From Phoronis australis (taxonomy: Eukaryota; Animalia; Phoronida): DNA of 64,000 nucleotides. The translations under genes were made by a program, and so were the position numbers. Shown here in pieces: positions 56,701 through 64,000 of this stretch; the stretch's first letter is position 1; each line of letters begins with the position of its first letter. The notes below the pieces were generated by a model that saw only the letters and a program-made list of their open reading frames with translations, was not told the origin of the DNA and ran no database searches. Where the stretch lies: NCBI GenBank assembly GCA_002633005.1, contig NMRA01000477.1, forward strand, positions 225,568-289,567. Reading direction: 5' to 3'.

Positions 56701-59700
56701 CACACTCAATCTCTCCAAACTTAATGTTAATCTTGGATGTGTCGATTCCAAATCCTTCACCAGTCAGGGTGACGAGAGTACCTCCCTCATTGGAACCCTC
56801 TAGGGGTGTAACGGAGTCCACACTCAGTTTGTAGCACAGCTGACTGATGGAATGGGTCCTACAATAGGAAGAGAGGGAAATGTCACTTATTCCTTGGTCA
56901 TAAGTCAACTGGTCTGATATGACATATGATCAGACTTCTGATATGACATCTGATCAGAATCTGATATGACATCTGATCGGACATCTGATCAGAATCTGAT
57001 ATAATGACACTTGATCAGGAACCTGATATGACATCTGATCAGACGCCAGGGCATGATACCACCAAACTTTAGTAGAGACAGCTAAAAATTGAACAACCAC
57101 CTAACACGCCTAGTGTTCAATTTTAATTTTTTCATGATGTGAATGACTAATTAGTCAACTCTCAAGTAAAATTGATATTCAACTGATTCATGCATGATGG
57201 AAAAAACAGGAAGCCCAGGTGAGTCCACAAAGCTACATTCCTAGAAAATAAACCAAAGGCGCATGTATGTGATACAAGGTCATATACAGCGACTATGAAT
57301 AAGACAAAAAAGTATAATATAAAAATATAAAATACAGAATAATTACACACTGTCGAGTATATCACTTAGGAAAATTGGTAATCAGAAGTGCCACAGGAGC
57401 TGATGAAGGATGCCAGCAGCCATCCGAGTGTTGGTCCTTAACACAGATCTACCTACTGTGTACCCACCACATACTGAACTTTAGTCACCCGCTGTGTACC
57501 CACCACATACTGAACTTTAGTAGTCACCTGCTATGTACCCACCACATACTGAACTTTAGTCACCCGCTGTGTACCCATCACATACTGAATTTTAGTAGTC
57601 ACCTGCTGTGTACCCACCACATACTGAACTTTAGTCACCCACTGTGTACCCACCACATATTGAACTTCAGTAGTCACCCACTCTGTACCCACCACATACT
57701 GAACGTTAGTCACCCACTGTGTACCCACCACATACTAAACAACTGTTCATGTTAAGATACTGTTACCCACTAGGCAGCAATCAATCCTATTCTTCTCATG
57801 TTACCAGTGCTAGATCCAATATTTATGTTGTTGGTATTCTAACTAGAGCCTAATTCACTTGATTAATTATGCACCACTATCAGCAACCCCCTTTCCACAT
57901 GGAAATTGTTGATGGTGTTCAGTAGTTCATTAAGTACCTAGTGTGTAGTTCATTTGTAAGACTTTCCCTGATTTTAAAGCTTTAATTTGAGTTGAATCTA
58001 TGTCCATCCATTGCAATTAAAACTCACTGCCATGTGTCCAATGAATTTTGTTGGAAAGACATTCCAGGCTGGGCTATTCAGAATTCACAGGGGTTAATAT
58101 AACAATTATAGTCTCACAAGGGCCATATAAACCATTCGTTAAGCCGTGTTTATTTACAGTCCAACTGGGAATGCTGTATGATTAAAAGCAGGGTTCACAA
58201 ACTGCTTTCAATGACCTTGTATGTCAATTTCAAAAGGTTTCTTGTGAACGACATACGTGATTTACAGTCCAACTGGGAATGCTGTATGATTAAAAGCAGG
58301 GTTCACAAACTGCTCTCAATGACCTTGTATGTCAATTTCAAAAGGTTTCTTGTGAATGACATACGTGATTTACAACCATCTGCAAAATTCTAAGCCACTA
58401 TGCGGACTGACTACCATCTCTATACTCAAAATGAAAGGTAGCCTTCTACTGATACCAATTTCAATCAGTTATTTCAATATATCCAGCAGCGGCAAGAGAG
58501 TGAATAGATATTACAACTTACAGAAAAACTTGCATAAGTCGGGTCCAATCTGATCCAGGGATTTAGTGTGTAAGAATGAGAACAAGCATATACTGCTGAA
58601 CTTTGGTGCATCGAGTTGCAACAAAAGCACATCCAACTTACTATATGACTCACTGTATACATGCATTATAATACTGGAATGGGATCGCTCATGGGAATAA
58701 GTATCAACAGTTTTATGATACTTTCCGGAGAGACTTTAAACAAATGGCATCTACAATCTACTCACTTGAGGTCTCCATATCCCTTGTTGTCGACAAACAC
58801 CTCAATATCACAGCAACCAGGCTTATTGGATGGTACCGTGGCGACGACCTGGTTATCATTCACACTGATTGGCGTGACCTCCTTATCACACACCTTCACA
58901 GTAGTGGTTGAGGGGGAGGAGCCTAGGCCGGTCCCACTAATTGTCAAGTTATCACCCCCTATAATAGAACATTATAAGTTAAAAGTGGGGCCCATCCTTA
59001 TACACATAATTATCAAATTAGGTACAGGCACTTCAACGATATGCAATCAGTTGCAAAAAGTGGTAAACACTGTATTTATTGTACAAGACCTATGCCAGGT
59101 GTATGCTTTCTGAAACAATGTTTTTTACTTAAAACAAAGACAAAAAATAAAAAGATTTTGACTTATATTAACCAAATGAGTAAGAGCATCTTCTTTTCAT
59201 TTTGACATAACATGTCCATGACAGACTGTAACAATTTTGGTTCAAGACTAAAAATACTTCCCAATACCATTGTCAAAAGACCACTTGATGAAGATCACAA
59301 ACAAGACAATTTGCTTGTTATTAAAATTATACTTCACTTGATAAGTGCACACAATGAGAGTTCACCTGAATAGTGCAGAAAGTTCCCGTCTTTTTCTTAC
59401 CTACGACAGGTGAGTGAACAAGATTTGTGGAATTCACCACAGGTGTCTTGGACAGCTTGAACGCAAATTCACAACTGGAGCAGGAGACAGAGTTTGCACC
59501 GTTTGTCACAGTCAAATTTGCCACAGATTCGCCAGCCTGAAAAAGTGAGAACAGGAATTGATTGGACATTTACAATAACTATGCTAAAAGCACCAAGTGA
59601 CTACTTTCAGTTACCAAAAACTTGACAAAACCAGTTACTGTAAAACTTGGAAATCAGGAAAATAATTAAGCAGCTCACTGCCTGCTTTTTAGACACCTGA

Positions 59701-62700
59701 TAGGCTAAAATCATAAACTTCAAACTGAAATAAAACCCAAGTCATCAACAAAATTCCTCATTAAATAAATAATACTCATTCTGTTTCTTCAGTAAGACCA
59801 CTTCATGCTAGTGAAAGCTGCCCCGCCATGATCAGGTATCAGAATGACTGTCAGGTGAATTTCAGGTGTTTTTAATAAATCAATTTCAAATCAAATGAAA
59901 AGACCACCATGATACTGCTTTGGAACTACAAATGCACCCATAAAGAATATTTTTGACAAAATTCAGATTACACTATGGCTTGAAGAACAATTACAAGACA
60001 AAGTCATAAATTGTCAAAATGACACAAAATTCCTCATCATTATAACTGAGTGAAGTCAGAACTCTCAGTACAAGTGGAATTCCAGCTGAAAGTAGATGAA
60101 ATAACAAGCAACAATTGATGGGTCTTTTGTAAGATAATTGTTAACATGTAACGGCACATGATATTACACTATCTACAAATTCTAAACTGATGGAGAGTCA
60201 CGCACCACAGCAGACGGTACACAGACAAGAGTAGTCGGGGTAGTCTTGGCTGCAATCACTTTGCAGTTATCGCTACCAATGGTGATGCTTGATTTTTCGC
60301 TGAATCCAGACCCAGACACTGTGATTGGCAGGCCTCCTGAAGAAACAAGACAAGACATCCATCAATCATTATTTGAACTTCAAATTCCCTGCACTGAAAT
60401 ACCAATACCTGTTGATAGTTTCAAACGTTTCGATCAAAGTTAGGCAGGTTCATACTGAGAAAACTATCAAATTTGGCTAACTTCGAAAAATGATATCTCA
60501 AAAATGCCCAATTGAATTCATATGAAACTCTCGAATACCATGCATTGTTCTCCAAACTGCTGTTTGGAAAATGTTCCACTTTTGCATGGAGAGCCACTTT
60601 TTTGCAAGGTTCTCGCATCCACGGAATGCTGCCACATTGTCCTTATAGTGGAAAGCAAAGTGGTAGCTCAACTACCCCTGTTCAGGCTGCTGTTATGATT
60701 ACAGTTATGTCCACGGTTATTTGGCAGGGTTAATTGTCAAGTATTTTGATGTGTACACTTTTGCGGTTACATGATGATGGCAAAAGTTCAAAGCGTTTCA
60801 AGGCATGGTTTAAGTGGATTTCAACCGTCCAGTTCACAAGCAAAATGTGAATTACAAGCTGCAAGGCAAAATTAGATAAAATTCCGCACAGAAACTTGAA
60901 AGGACATAATTATCTAGTGATAATAATTATCTAACATTTAAAATTCATAATCTTCTCAAATAGGAAGACTTAAGAGCAAATACGTGAAAAATACACCATT
61001 TGCTTAATTTGTCAAATTATTTTCATTTAATGAAAGCATCTTGAAGACAATAGCAACAGTCTCATTAAAACTCCATCACATACCTCCAATACTGCCCTCT
61101 GTAGGCGAAATTCCAGTTACGCACAGCTCGTAATCAAACGTCTCTGACACACTTGCCAAACCCTTCCCAATGACATTGACTGTCAGATTCTTGGTACCAG
61201 TTGACCCCTCTCCAACAGTGCACTTCAGCTCGGTATCCGTTGCCGCAGTAACGTTGCACAAGGCATTGCCCAACCTCACCACGTTGCTTGCAATGTCGCT
61301 GCTGAAGCCAGTGCCAGTAATAGTCAAGACCTTGCCCATGCTGCAGCCTGCCGCAGCAGAACCTGAAGGATAAAACATGTAACATGTTGCTAGCATTCCG
61401 GCTTCTTTAAAATTTAATCCAAAGGTAAGTCCAGAAAGTGTTATATTCAATTTTGTTTGAGTAAATAGTCAAAAGTCGCACAGCAAAAACCTCCATACTC
61501 ATAATTTGAGCACGAAAACCATGAAACGGGTCGTTCAGCAAAGTGGCGTCCAGAGCCCGTAACCAATCGTTGATGTGAAGCAGGTCATGTTTGGAATCGT
61601 TGGCTAACCCTGTTAAAATTAAAGGTTGTTCCGAATCTCATGAAAACACTTATCAACCCTTCCTCCCAACACAAAAAACTTTTGACTTCGACCCTTCCCT
61701 ATAATGAAGTTGGTTTGGAATTGTTTTTAAGTCAAATTAGAAGTCATTTGAGGACTTCAAAAGACCCGACAGTTCATTACTGCTTGAGATGAGGCTCTAC
61801 AAGTTCACTTCTCACAGTGTGTTTCATGCGAGGACAAAACACAGAAATCACTTCCCATCTGAGTGAGGGAAAAGGCGAGATCAACTGCAGCAGATGGACT
61901 AAATCAAAAGTTTTGTTCTGCTGCGTTAATTGCCAATGCCTGCTTATTTCTTTTGCAAATGAAAAAATTTTCTATGCATAATACGACAACCTTGCACGTT
62001 CAAATTCACACCGGGGCTAACTTACCAAATCACTTTTCTGGAGAATAATGCCACTTTAAAAGTCACCCATACACTTTTAACTTGAGGAATAAACTAAATC
62101 AACCATTCATTGTAGAGTGTACGATTTTTATCAAACAGACTGCTGTAAATTATAATTAACTAAAAACAAGGTAGCTTAATTCAATCCTTTCTGGCCAGTA
62201 CAAGAAAGGTTAGTTTAAGAACTTCTCTTGACAATGAACTACTTAGATGACAAACTAATTATAAACTGACTGTATTTTTTACTTAAGTCTTACCGCAAGT
62301 ACATGAGGGTGAAGAATCTACAATAATTATATTATCTCTGAATTTTTCTAAGTAAACAAACATTTCCACATACAGGGATTTTCAAAGTAACTCAATCATG
62401 CTCAATTCTGACAGAGTTTCAGAGTGTGAAAGTGTCGCCTAGCATCATGGTAAATTCTCACCAAACACGAACAAAAGAGTTCCCAAAAGTGCTTTTTTTG
62501 ATTTTCAAGGGCTTCTAACATTGTAGTGACTGCCTGTAATCTTTTCAAAACTCTGTCTGATAACTGGTACTAGTCTTGGACTTGGAAAACCATTTAATTT
62601 AGTCCTGAATACGTTGCACGAAAAAGAAAATTAAGCTTCAGTTGTCATCCATGTTGTGTCCTAAATTGGTGAGGTCCTAATATCCACATTCAATATGAAA

Positions 62701-63154
62701 AGAATCTGATGAAATTCTGGCCAAATTTCAGCAAACTCTAACTCCTTTGTGTCTTTTTGTTCGCAAGATATCTGATAGAAGTAGCTTGGTGCAATTACGT
62801 CTATTTGAGGTTTGAGAGCAGAGCTGTTTTAGCCCAATAACGATTCAATCCCATTGCTAAATAATACCACCATAAAGTATGTCAAAGTTCATCAAAATGT
62901 CACAAACCATACTTGTCCGGGTCACTGCCCAGTCATCTTAATTAGATTCAGGTGATAAGTAGAAGGGAAGTTTTCTGAGCCTCTTGCCTTGAACACTGCG
63001 AGACTCAATGTCACTTACAAATCATCAAAGTCTGAGGAAAAAAATTACCTGCTGAGGCAGTCAATCCAGTCACCGTTGGAGTCTTGGAAACAGAGTAGGA
63101 GAACGAACAGTTACCACTGCACTTTGTTGGCAGACCATTGACAAGTGCTGAAAC
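17558..63154 (-). CDS. PKHD1L1: Fibrocystin-L / PKHD1L1-like gene, 3' portion (43 coding exons traced; 5' end beyond the window)
   Basis: Recognised motifs: IPT/TIG repeats (GSxxGGTxVTITGxGF), G8 domain (YIDRWSSPFTWGG), GQAFRLGRYPIHFHL and FLEDGIETGN beta-helix region, DCVDMICDG, ESMDEDTEIRRISPVA, CTGYTCLKRISTFHA. All exons are GT-AG with compatible phases; the summed length of 10,554 nt is divisible by 3. Orthology versus paralogy is untested. Confidence 0.93.
18711..18822 (-). CDS. PKHD1L1: Transmembrane exon (not in ORF track)
   Basis: cttttcag / gtgagt; RSISPSVPIAAIVGGAVGGLVVIVVIIIVVFLLKKKN is a hydrophobic helix followed by a basic stop-transfer cluster. Confidence 0.88.
21138..21200 (-). 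CDS. PKHD1L1: Putative 63-nt Thr/Pro-rich stalk exon (phase 0-0)
   Basis: ttaattag|ACT...TAT|gtaagt; TQQHTINPTQSHVPITTTEPY; no stop; strong donor. Confidence 0.6.
21368..21850. repeat. 41-bp minisatellite (about 9 copies plus a degenerate tail)
   Basis: Unit AGGACAGACTGTCCCAAT(G/C)TTAGATGGTGACTAACT(T/A)TA(G/A)T with a period of 41. Confidence 0.92.
21930..22138 (-). CDS. Duplicate (copy B) of exon 23815-24023
   Basis: Near-identical sequence and splice sites; probably the other haplotype. Confidence 0.55.
22676..22858 (-). CDS. Duplicate (copy B) of exon 24554-24736
   Basis: Near-identical sequence and splice sites; probably the other haplotype. Confidence 0.55.
23815..24023 (-). CDS. PKHD1L1: PKHD1L1-like exon (second SEA-like module, GSVVV half), copy A
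   Basis: tacag / gtaagt; GSVVVTFSMSG...ITNLANDIKAG. Confidence 0.8.
24554..24736 (-). CDS. PKHD1L1: PKHD1L1-like exon (second SEA-like module, N-half), copy A
   Basis: tctag / gtgagt; VTMRFDADFSKV...SNSVVTEG. Confidence 0.8.
25480..25684 (-). CDS. PKHD1L1: PKHD1L1-like exon (second Ig-like beta repeat)
   Basis: tatag|GGT CAC ACA TGG; GHTWKATASL...AVFSDITFTAAARYYVTFSV. Confidence 0.85.
25611..26060. repeat. 115-bp tandem repeat (4 copies) spanning an intron-exon junction
   Basis: Unit starts at 25611, 25726, 25841 and 25956. Confidence 0.88.
26920..27300 (-). CDS. PKHD1L1: PKHD1L1-like exon (Ig-like beta repeat)
   Basis: PWTLTAEL...GWFNFTDLLISHSGSGYIIDFTI. Confidence 0.88.
27538..28091 (-). 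CDS. PKHD1L1: PKHD1L1-like exon (SEA-like module with RRKR furin site)
   Basis: DEFFGANLVNNLATFLGVPANKIRIVNVVRENGRRKRS. Confidence 0.9.
28592..28876 (-). CDS. PKHD1L1: PKHD1L1-like exon
   Basis: YDMYFTGVSPQKLR...GSNWFDRATNLLHILVRG. Confidence 0.9.
29646..29897 (-). CDS. PKHD1L1: PKHD1L1-like exon
   Basis: ESMDEDTEIRRISPVA...CTGYTCLKRISTFHAL. Confidence 0.92.
30303..30565 (-). CDS. PKHD1L1: PKHD1L1-like exon
   Basis: DCVDMICDGMKQ...GLGDYRIPKAMLT. Confidence 0.9.
31349..31517 (-). CDS. PKHD1L1: PKHD1L1-like exon
   Basis: VTFKNF...SNPKNDDFQFPV; tgcag / gtgagt. Confidence 0.87.
32279..32383 (-). CDS. PKHD1L1: PKHD1L1-like exon
   Basis: GIMFPTFLAKENGMPFKPWTKIKSYPTLCG. Confidence 0.87.
33257..33512 (-). 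CDS. PKHD1L1: PKHD1L1-like exon
   Basis: TDSSLVVRDLVLAENGAG...STLYGTTSSYDC; tttag / gtaaga. Confidence 0.87.
34088..34443 (-). CDS. PKHD1L1: PKHD1L1-like exon (beta-helix block 2)
   Basis: NVVAGAERVGYHV...FDYGVYFQ. Confidence 0.9.
34698..34767. repeat. Perfect inverted repeat (34-bp arms, 2-nt loop)
   Basis: AGTGTTTGCAAAGAGTAAATCTGAGTTACGATTT-AA-exact reverse complement. Confidence 0.95.
34994..35227 (-). CDS. PKHD1L1: PKHD1L1-like exon
   Basis: FARIKDVAFYQTGQEGFTESTDPRF. Confidence 0.89.
35460..35777. mobile_element. GC-rich MITE-like insertion in an intron
   Basis: CAGAGGCGGATTTAG ... CTGGATCCAACCATG imperfect termini, G- and C-runs, sharp GC contrast with the intron; no clear TSD. Confidence 0.5.
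35947..36105 (-). CDS. PKHD1L1: PKHD1L1-like exon
   Basis: AAEVAVLTRNIKF...FGTRILVS. Confidence 0.88.
36481..36668. repeat. CA-rich minisatellite (CAACACAATCACA-based)
   Basis: Tandem copies directly visible. Confidence 0.9.
36695..36940 (-). CDS. PKHD1L1: PKHD1L1-like exon
   Basis: VFGGLDLHG...VDWKVGDEIAIASTSF. Confidence 0.9.
37686..37976 (-). CDS. PKHD1L1: PKHD1L1-like exon (G8 domain 2)
   Basis: KWVV...LKVEGNLEL...ILGRIVVGWED...GPPIGNNAIG. Confidence 0.87.
38140..38740. repeat. Degenerate repeat of about 145-bp period carrying CTCF-like motifs
   Basis: GCCACTAG(A/G)(T/G)GGC motifs at about 38143, 38286 and 38441, degenerate at 38719. Confidence 0.6.
38955..39173 (-). CDS. PKHD1L1: PKHD1L1-like exon
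   Basis: YRCFYPNCEPPPDP...DLVIPEG; ttcag / gttcgt. Confidence 0.87.
40237..40408 (-). CDS. PKHD1L1: PKHD1L1-like exon (not in ORF track)
   Basis: EKDWIVICQYAPLMPDRVF...NGDWTYDAQEKKFCYI; tacag / gtaaga. Confidence 0.85.
40737..42103 (-). CDS. PKHD1L1: PKHD1L1-like large exon (parallel beta-helix / CEMIP-TMEM2-like region)
   Basis: 1,367-nt exon within ORF 40662..42122; GQAFRLGRYPIHFHL, HFGFWYRMNPHPDGPS, NNTAHSNGWFGLWIF. Confidence 0.95.
42929..43045 (-). CDS. PKHD1L1: PKHD1L1-like exon
   Basis: EFATQTCFQGRFGKEVGSDQFGGHILFH, a characteristic fibrocystin-L segment. Confidence 0.9.
43974..44253 (-). CDS. PKHD1L1: PKHD1L1-like exon
   Basis: VGDTVVIPTT...LRGEVGLLTRNVKIMG...ACPEGFDTG. Confidence 0.9.
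44772..44863 (-). CDS. PKHD1L1: PKHD1L1-like exon (not in ORF track)
   Basis: RPIEHTWVLLAETAASGQDKVSLQKPVDWK; tacag / gtgggg. Confidence 0.86.
45754..45883 (-). CDS. PKHD1L1: PKHD1L1-like exon (G8 domain 1 end)
   Basis: IGTEASPYQGEAIIELHG...YGTKNLGIRHGTLELHG. Confidence 0.9.
46552..46643 (-). CDS. PKHD1L1: PKHD1L1-like exon (G8 domain 1; not in ORF track)
   Basis: GALIFEDPGEGQKGPTLKFVNCLLVKGGLLQ; ggcag / gtatga. Confidence 0.85.
47723..47894 (-). CDS. PKHD1L1: PKHD1L1-like exon (G8 domain 1 start)
   Basis: YIDRWSSPFTWGG...IVVIPAGQVVMLD; cacag / gtgggt. Confidence 0.9.
48460..48625 (-). CDS. PKHD1L1: PKHD1L1-like exon (last IPT/TIG)
   Basis: VVDIGGSPCIVSTGSDTEIVCVT; tccag / gttagt. Confidence 0.86.
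49186..49354 (-). CDS. PKHD1L1: PKHD1L1-like exon (IPT/TIG)
   Basis: TPAITKVEPSLGGTGGGTRITITGSGF; tttag / gtaagc. Confidence 0.88.
49805..49945 (-). CDS. PKHD1L1: PKHD1L1-like exon (IPT/TIG)
   Basis: SQCGGNSLTIAGSGF...VVCETPP; aacag / gtaagt. Confidence 0.86.
50467..51438 (-). CDS. PKHD1L1: PKHD1L1-like large exon (about three IPT/TIG repeats)
   Basis: 972-nt open exon within ORF 50330..51475; GSVAGGTLVQITGNGF, SISPTSGEAGQEITLAG. Confidence 0.92.
51939..52089 (-). CDS. PKHD1L1: PKHD1L1-like exon (IPT/TIG)
   Basis: LSLRVGNTGYA...PTSGSVYGGTKVTITGHGF; tccag / gtaaga. Confidence 0.86.
52942..53108 (-). CDS. PKHD1L1: PKHD1L1-like exon (IPT/TIG)
   Basis: VVISGDGFATTDCQNEIKFGSTPC; tacag / gtaagt. 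Confidence 0.86.
53726..53884 (-). CDS. PKHD1L1: PKHD1L1-like exon
   Basis: SSCPGGGYQLSGCS...FNFAYWACKTPYVTSVS; actag / gtaagt. Confidence 0.85.
54448..54621 (-). CDS. PKHD1L1: PKHD1L1-like exon (cupredoxin-like insert, part 2; not in ORF track)
   Basis: SFRHQFTQTGTFYYWSGNVFSSGKLIMRGVVKV; cttag / gtttgg. Confidence 0.85.
55456..55593. repeat. Inverted plus tandem 43-bp repeat around the CACCACGTGGTG palindrome
   Basis: One inverted and two direct copies of TAAACCAAAAGAATGGGAGGAAAATTT. Confidence 0.88.
56204..56383 (-). CDS. PKHD1L1: PKHD1L1-like exon (cupredoxin-like insert, part 1)
   Basis: YGKGYEWNPRHIEVQKGDFVEWSW; ttcag / gtacgt. Confidence 0.86.
56611..56858 (-). CDS. PKHD1L1: PKHD1L1-like exon (IPT/TIG)
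   Basis: VTPLEGSNEGGTLVTLTGEGFG...HRVDHLGTH; tgtag / gtatgt. Confidence 0.87.
56913..57043. repeat. TCTGATATGACATCTGATCAGA short tandem array
   Basis: About 6 imperfect copies. Confidence 0.8.
57455..57738. repeat. 33-39-bp minisatellite (about 8 copies)
   Basis: CTGTGTACCCACCACATACTGAACTTTAGTCACCC unit and length variants. Confidence 0.9.
58152..58374. repeat. 108-bp tandem duplication
   Basis: ATTTACA recurs at 58152, 58260 and 58368 with near-identical intervening sequence. Confidence 0.9.
58766..58958 (-). CDS. PKHD1L1: PKHD1L1-like exon (IPT/TIG)
   Basis: GDNLTISGTGLG...IEVFVDNKGYG; tatag / gtgagt. Confidence 0.86.
59401..59536 (-). CDS. PKHD1L1: PKHD1L1-like exon
   Basis: AGESVANLTVTNG...FAFKLSKTPVV; ttcag / gtaag. 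Confidence 0.85.
60206..60336 (-). CDS. PKHD1L1: PKHD1L1-like exon (IPT/TIG; not in ORF track)
   Basis: tcag|GA GGC; GLPITVSGSGFSEKSSITIGSDNCKV; donor gtgcgt; phase fits both neighbours. Confidence 0.82.
61084..61362 (-). CDS. PKHD1L1: PKHD1L1-like exon (IPT/TIG)
   Basis: AG/GT flanks; VLTITGTGFSSDIASNVVRLGNALC...ISPTEGSIGG. Confidence 0.88.
63049..63154 (-). CDS. PKHD1L1: PKHD1L1-like exon (IPT/TIG region; first exon found in window)
   Basis: ttccag|GTT...GCAG|gtaatt; VSALVNGLPTKCSGNCSFSYSVSKTPTVTGL. Confidence 0.85.
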
Positions 63155-64000
63155 CTGGAAGGAGAACACAACAGTTATACTAGGAAAAGAAACACATGCT
63201 GCTTTAAACATCAGTGTGTGTTGTCCTGTTTTACTACTCACACTAGCCTCCCTTTATGACTTGGGTGAAGTCATTAGTTAATAATGTAACTTTTAATTTT
63301 TGCTGGCAAGAATAAAAAACACAACAAATGCCAAAAATAATCAGAAAAAGTTCCGTTAGAGCGATTTATCCACCATGACGGAGGGAGATGACTGTGAATT
63401 AGACATGGAATTATGCTTTTCAGTCAATCGTCATATGTCAAGGAATTCCAAATTATTTTCCCTCACATAATTTTTGGTGTTTACTGTACACATAGAATGC
63501 ATGAACACAAACAATTGCTCATTAGCCACCAGGACAACCAACCAACTTCTCTAGCATTGTTTCAACTTGTAACAAATTGCTAGTTACTTCTAAGTCCAGT
63601 ACTCGCCTCTATGGAACAAACTGAGACCAAGATCACAACCGTAAGTAGTTTAAATCATACATTAGCTTATTCTTGAAGAATCAGTTTATAGCCCTCAATA
63701 ACCAGTTTATAATGAAATGAATTTACAGAATAAATCAAAAGTTACTTAGTCAGCGGAGGTTCATAACTCCTACAAAAATGGATTACGCTCTAACAAAAAC
63801 ATATAGAGTGTGTTTGACATATCAGCAGTAGTTAGTAATATAAACTACAAACTTCCTATGTTACAGGTGAAGTCCAACAATTACTTAGATTATTATTGTT
63901 GACAGTTACTACCCAAGTAACACTTGGATTGCTAGATTGTGAACATTTACTAAAATCAAATTAACATTTTTGCATGTTTTCACCAGAAATGCCACAAATT

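Noticed and set aside
57375-57755. 126-aa repetitive ORF (LCTHHILNFSHP)n
   Set aside because: Stop-free frame of a minisatellite; no splice or homology support

Overview
Intron-rich, AT-rich eukaryotic DNA, most likely from an invertebrate animal; it is not prokaryotic. Two minus-strand genes are present. (1) The 3' part of a large fibrocystin-L/PKHD1L1-like gene spans 63154 to 17558. I traced 43 GT-AG exons with mutually consistent phases (10,554 nt, about 3,517 aa, 5' end outside the window). They encode IPT/TIG repeats, a cupredoxin-like insert, two G8 + parallel beta-helix blocks, a SEA-like module with an RRKR furin site, a second SEA-like module with a GSVVV motif, a transmembrane helix and a roughly 75-aa tail. 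(2) The first four coding exons of an SLC23 (nucleobase-ascorbate transporter) gene span 8575 to 3586; the rest lies beyond position 1. Introns and the intergenic region hold a TTAA-flanked Kolobok-type transposon relic, a Harbinger-like relic, MITE-like fragments, minisatellites and hairpins. A 1.9-kb tandem duplication joined at the single N (23633) is probably an assembly artefact. I found no convincing wholly new biological system. The best leads are the receptor's multi-cleavage C-terminal architecture, recurrent duplications of splice acceptors, and repeat-borne CTCF and octamer motif clusters. All calls come from reading the sequence by eye, with no database searches.
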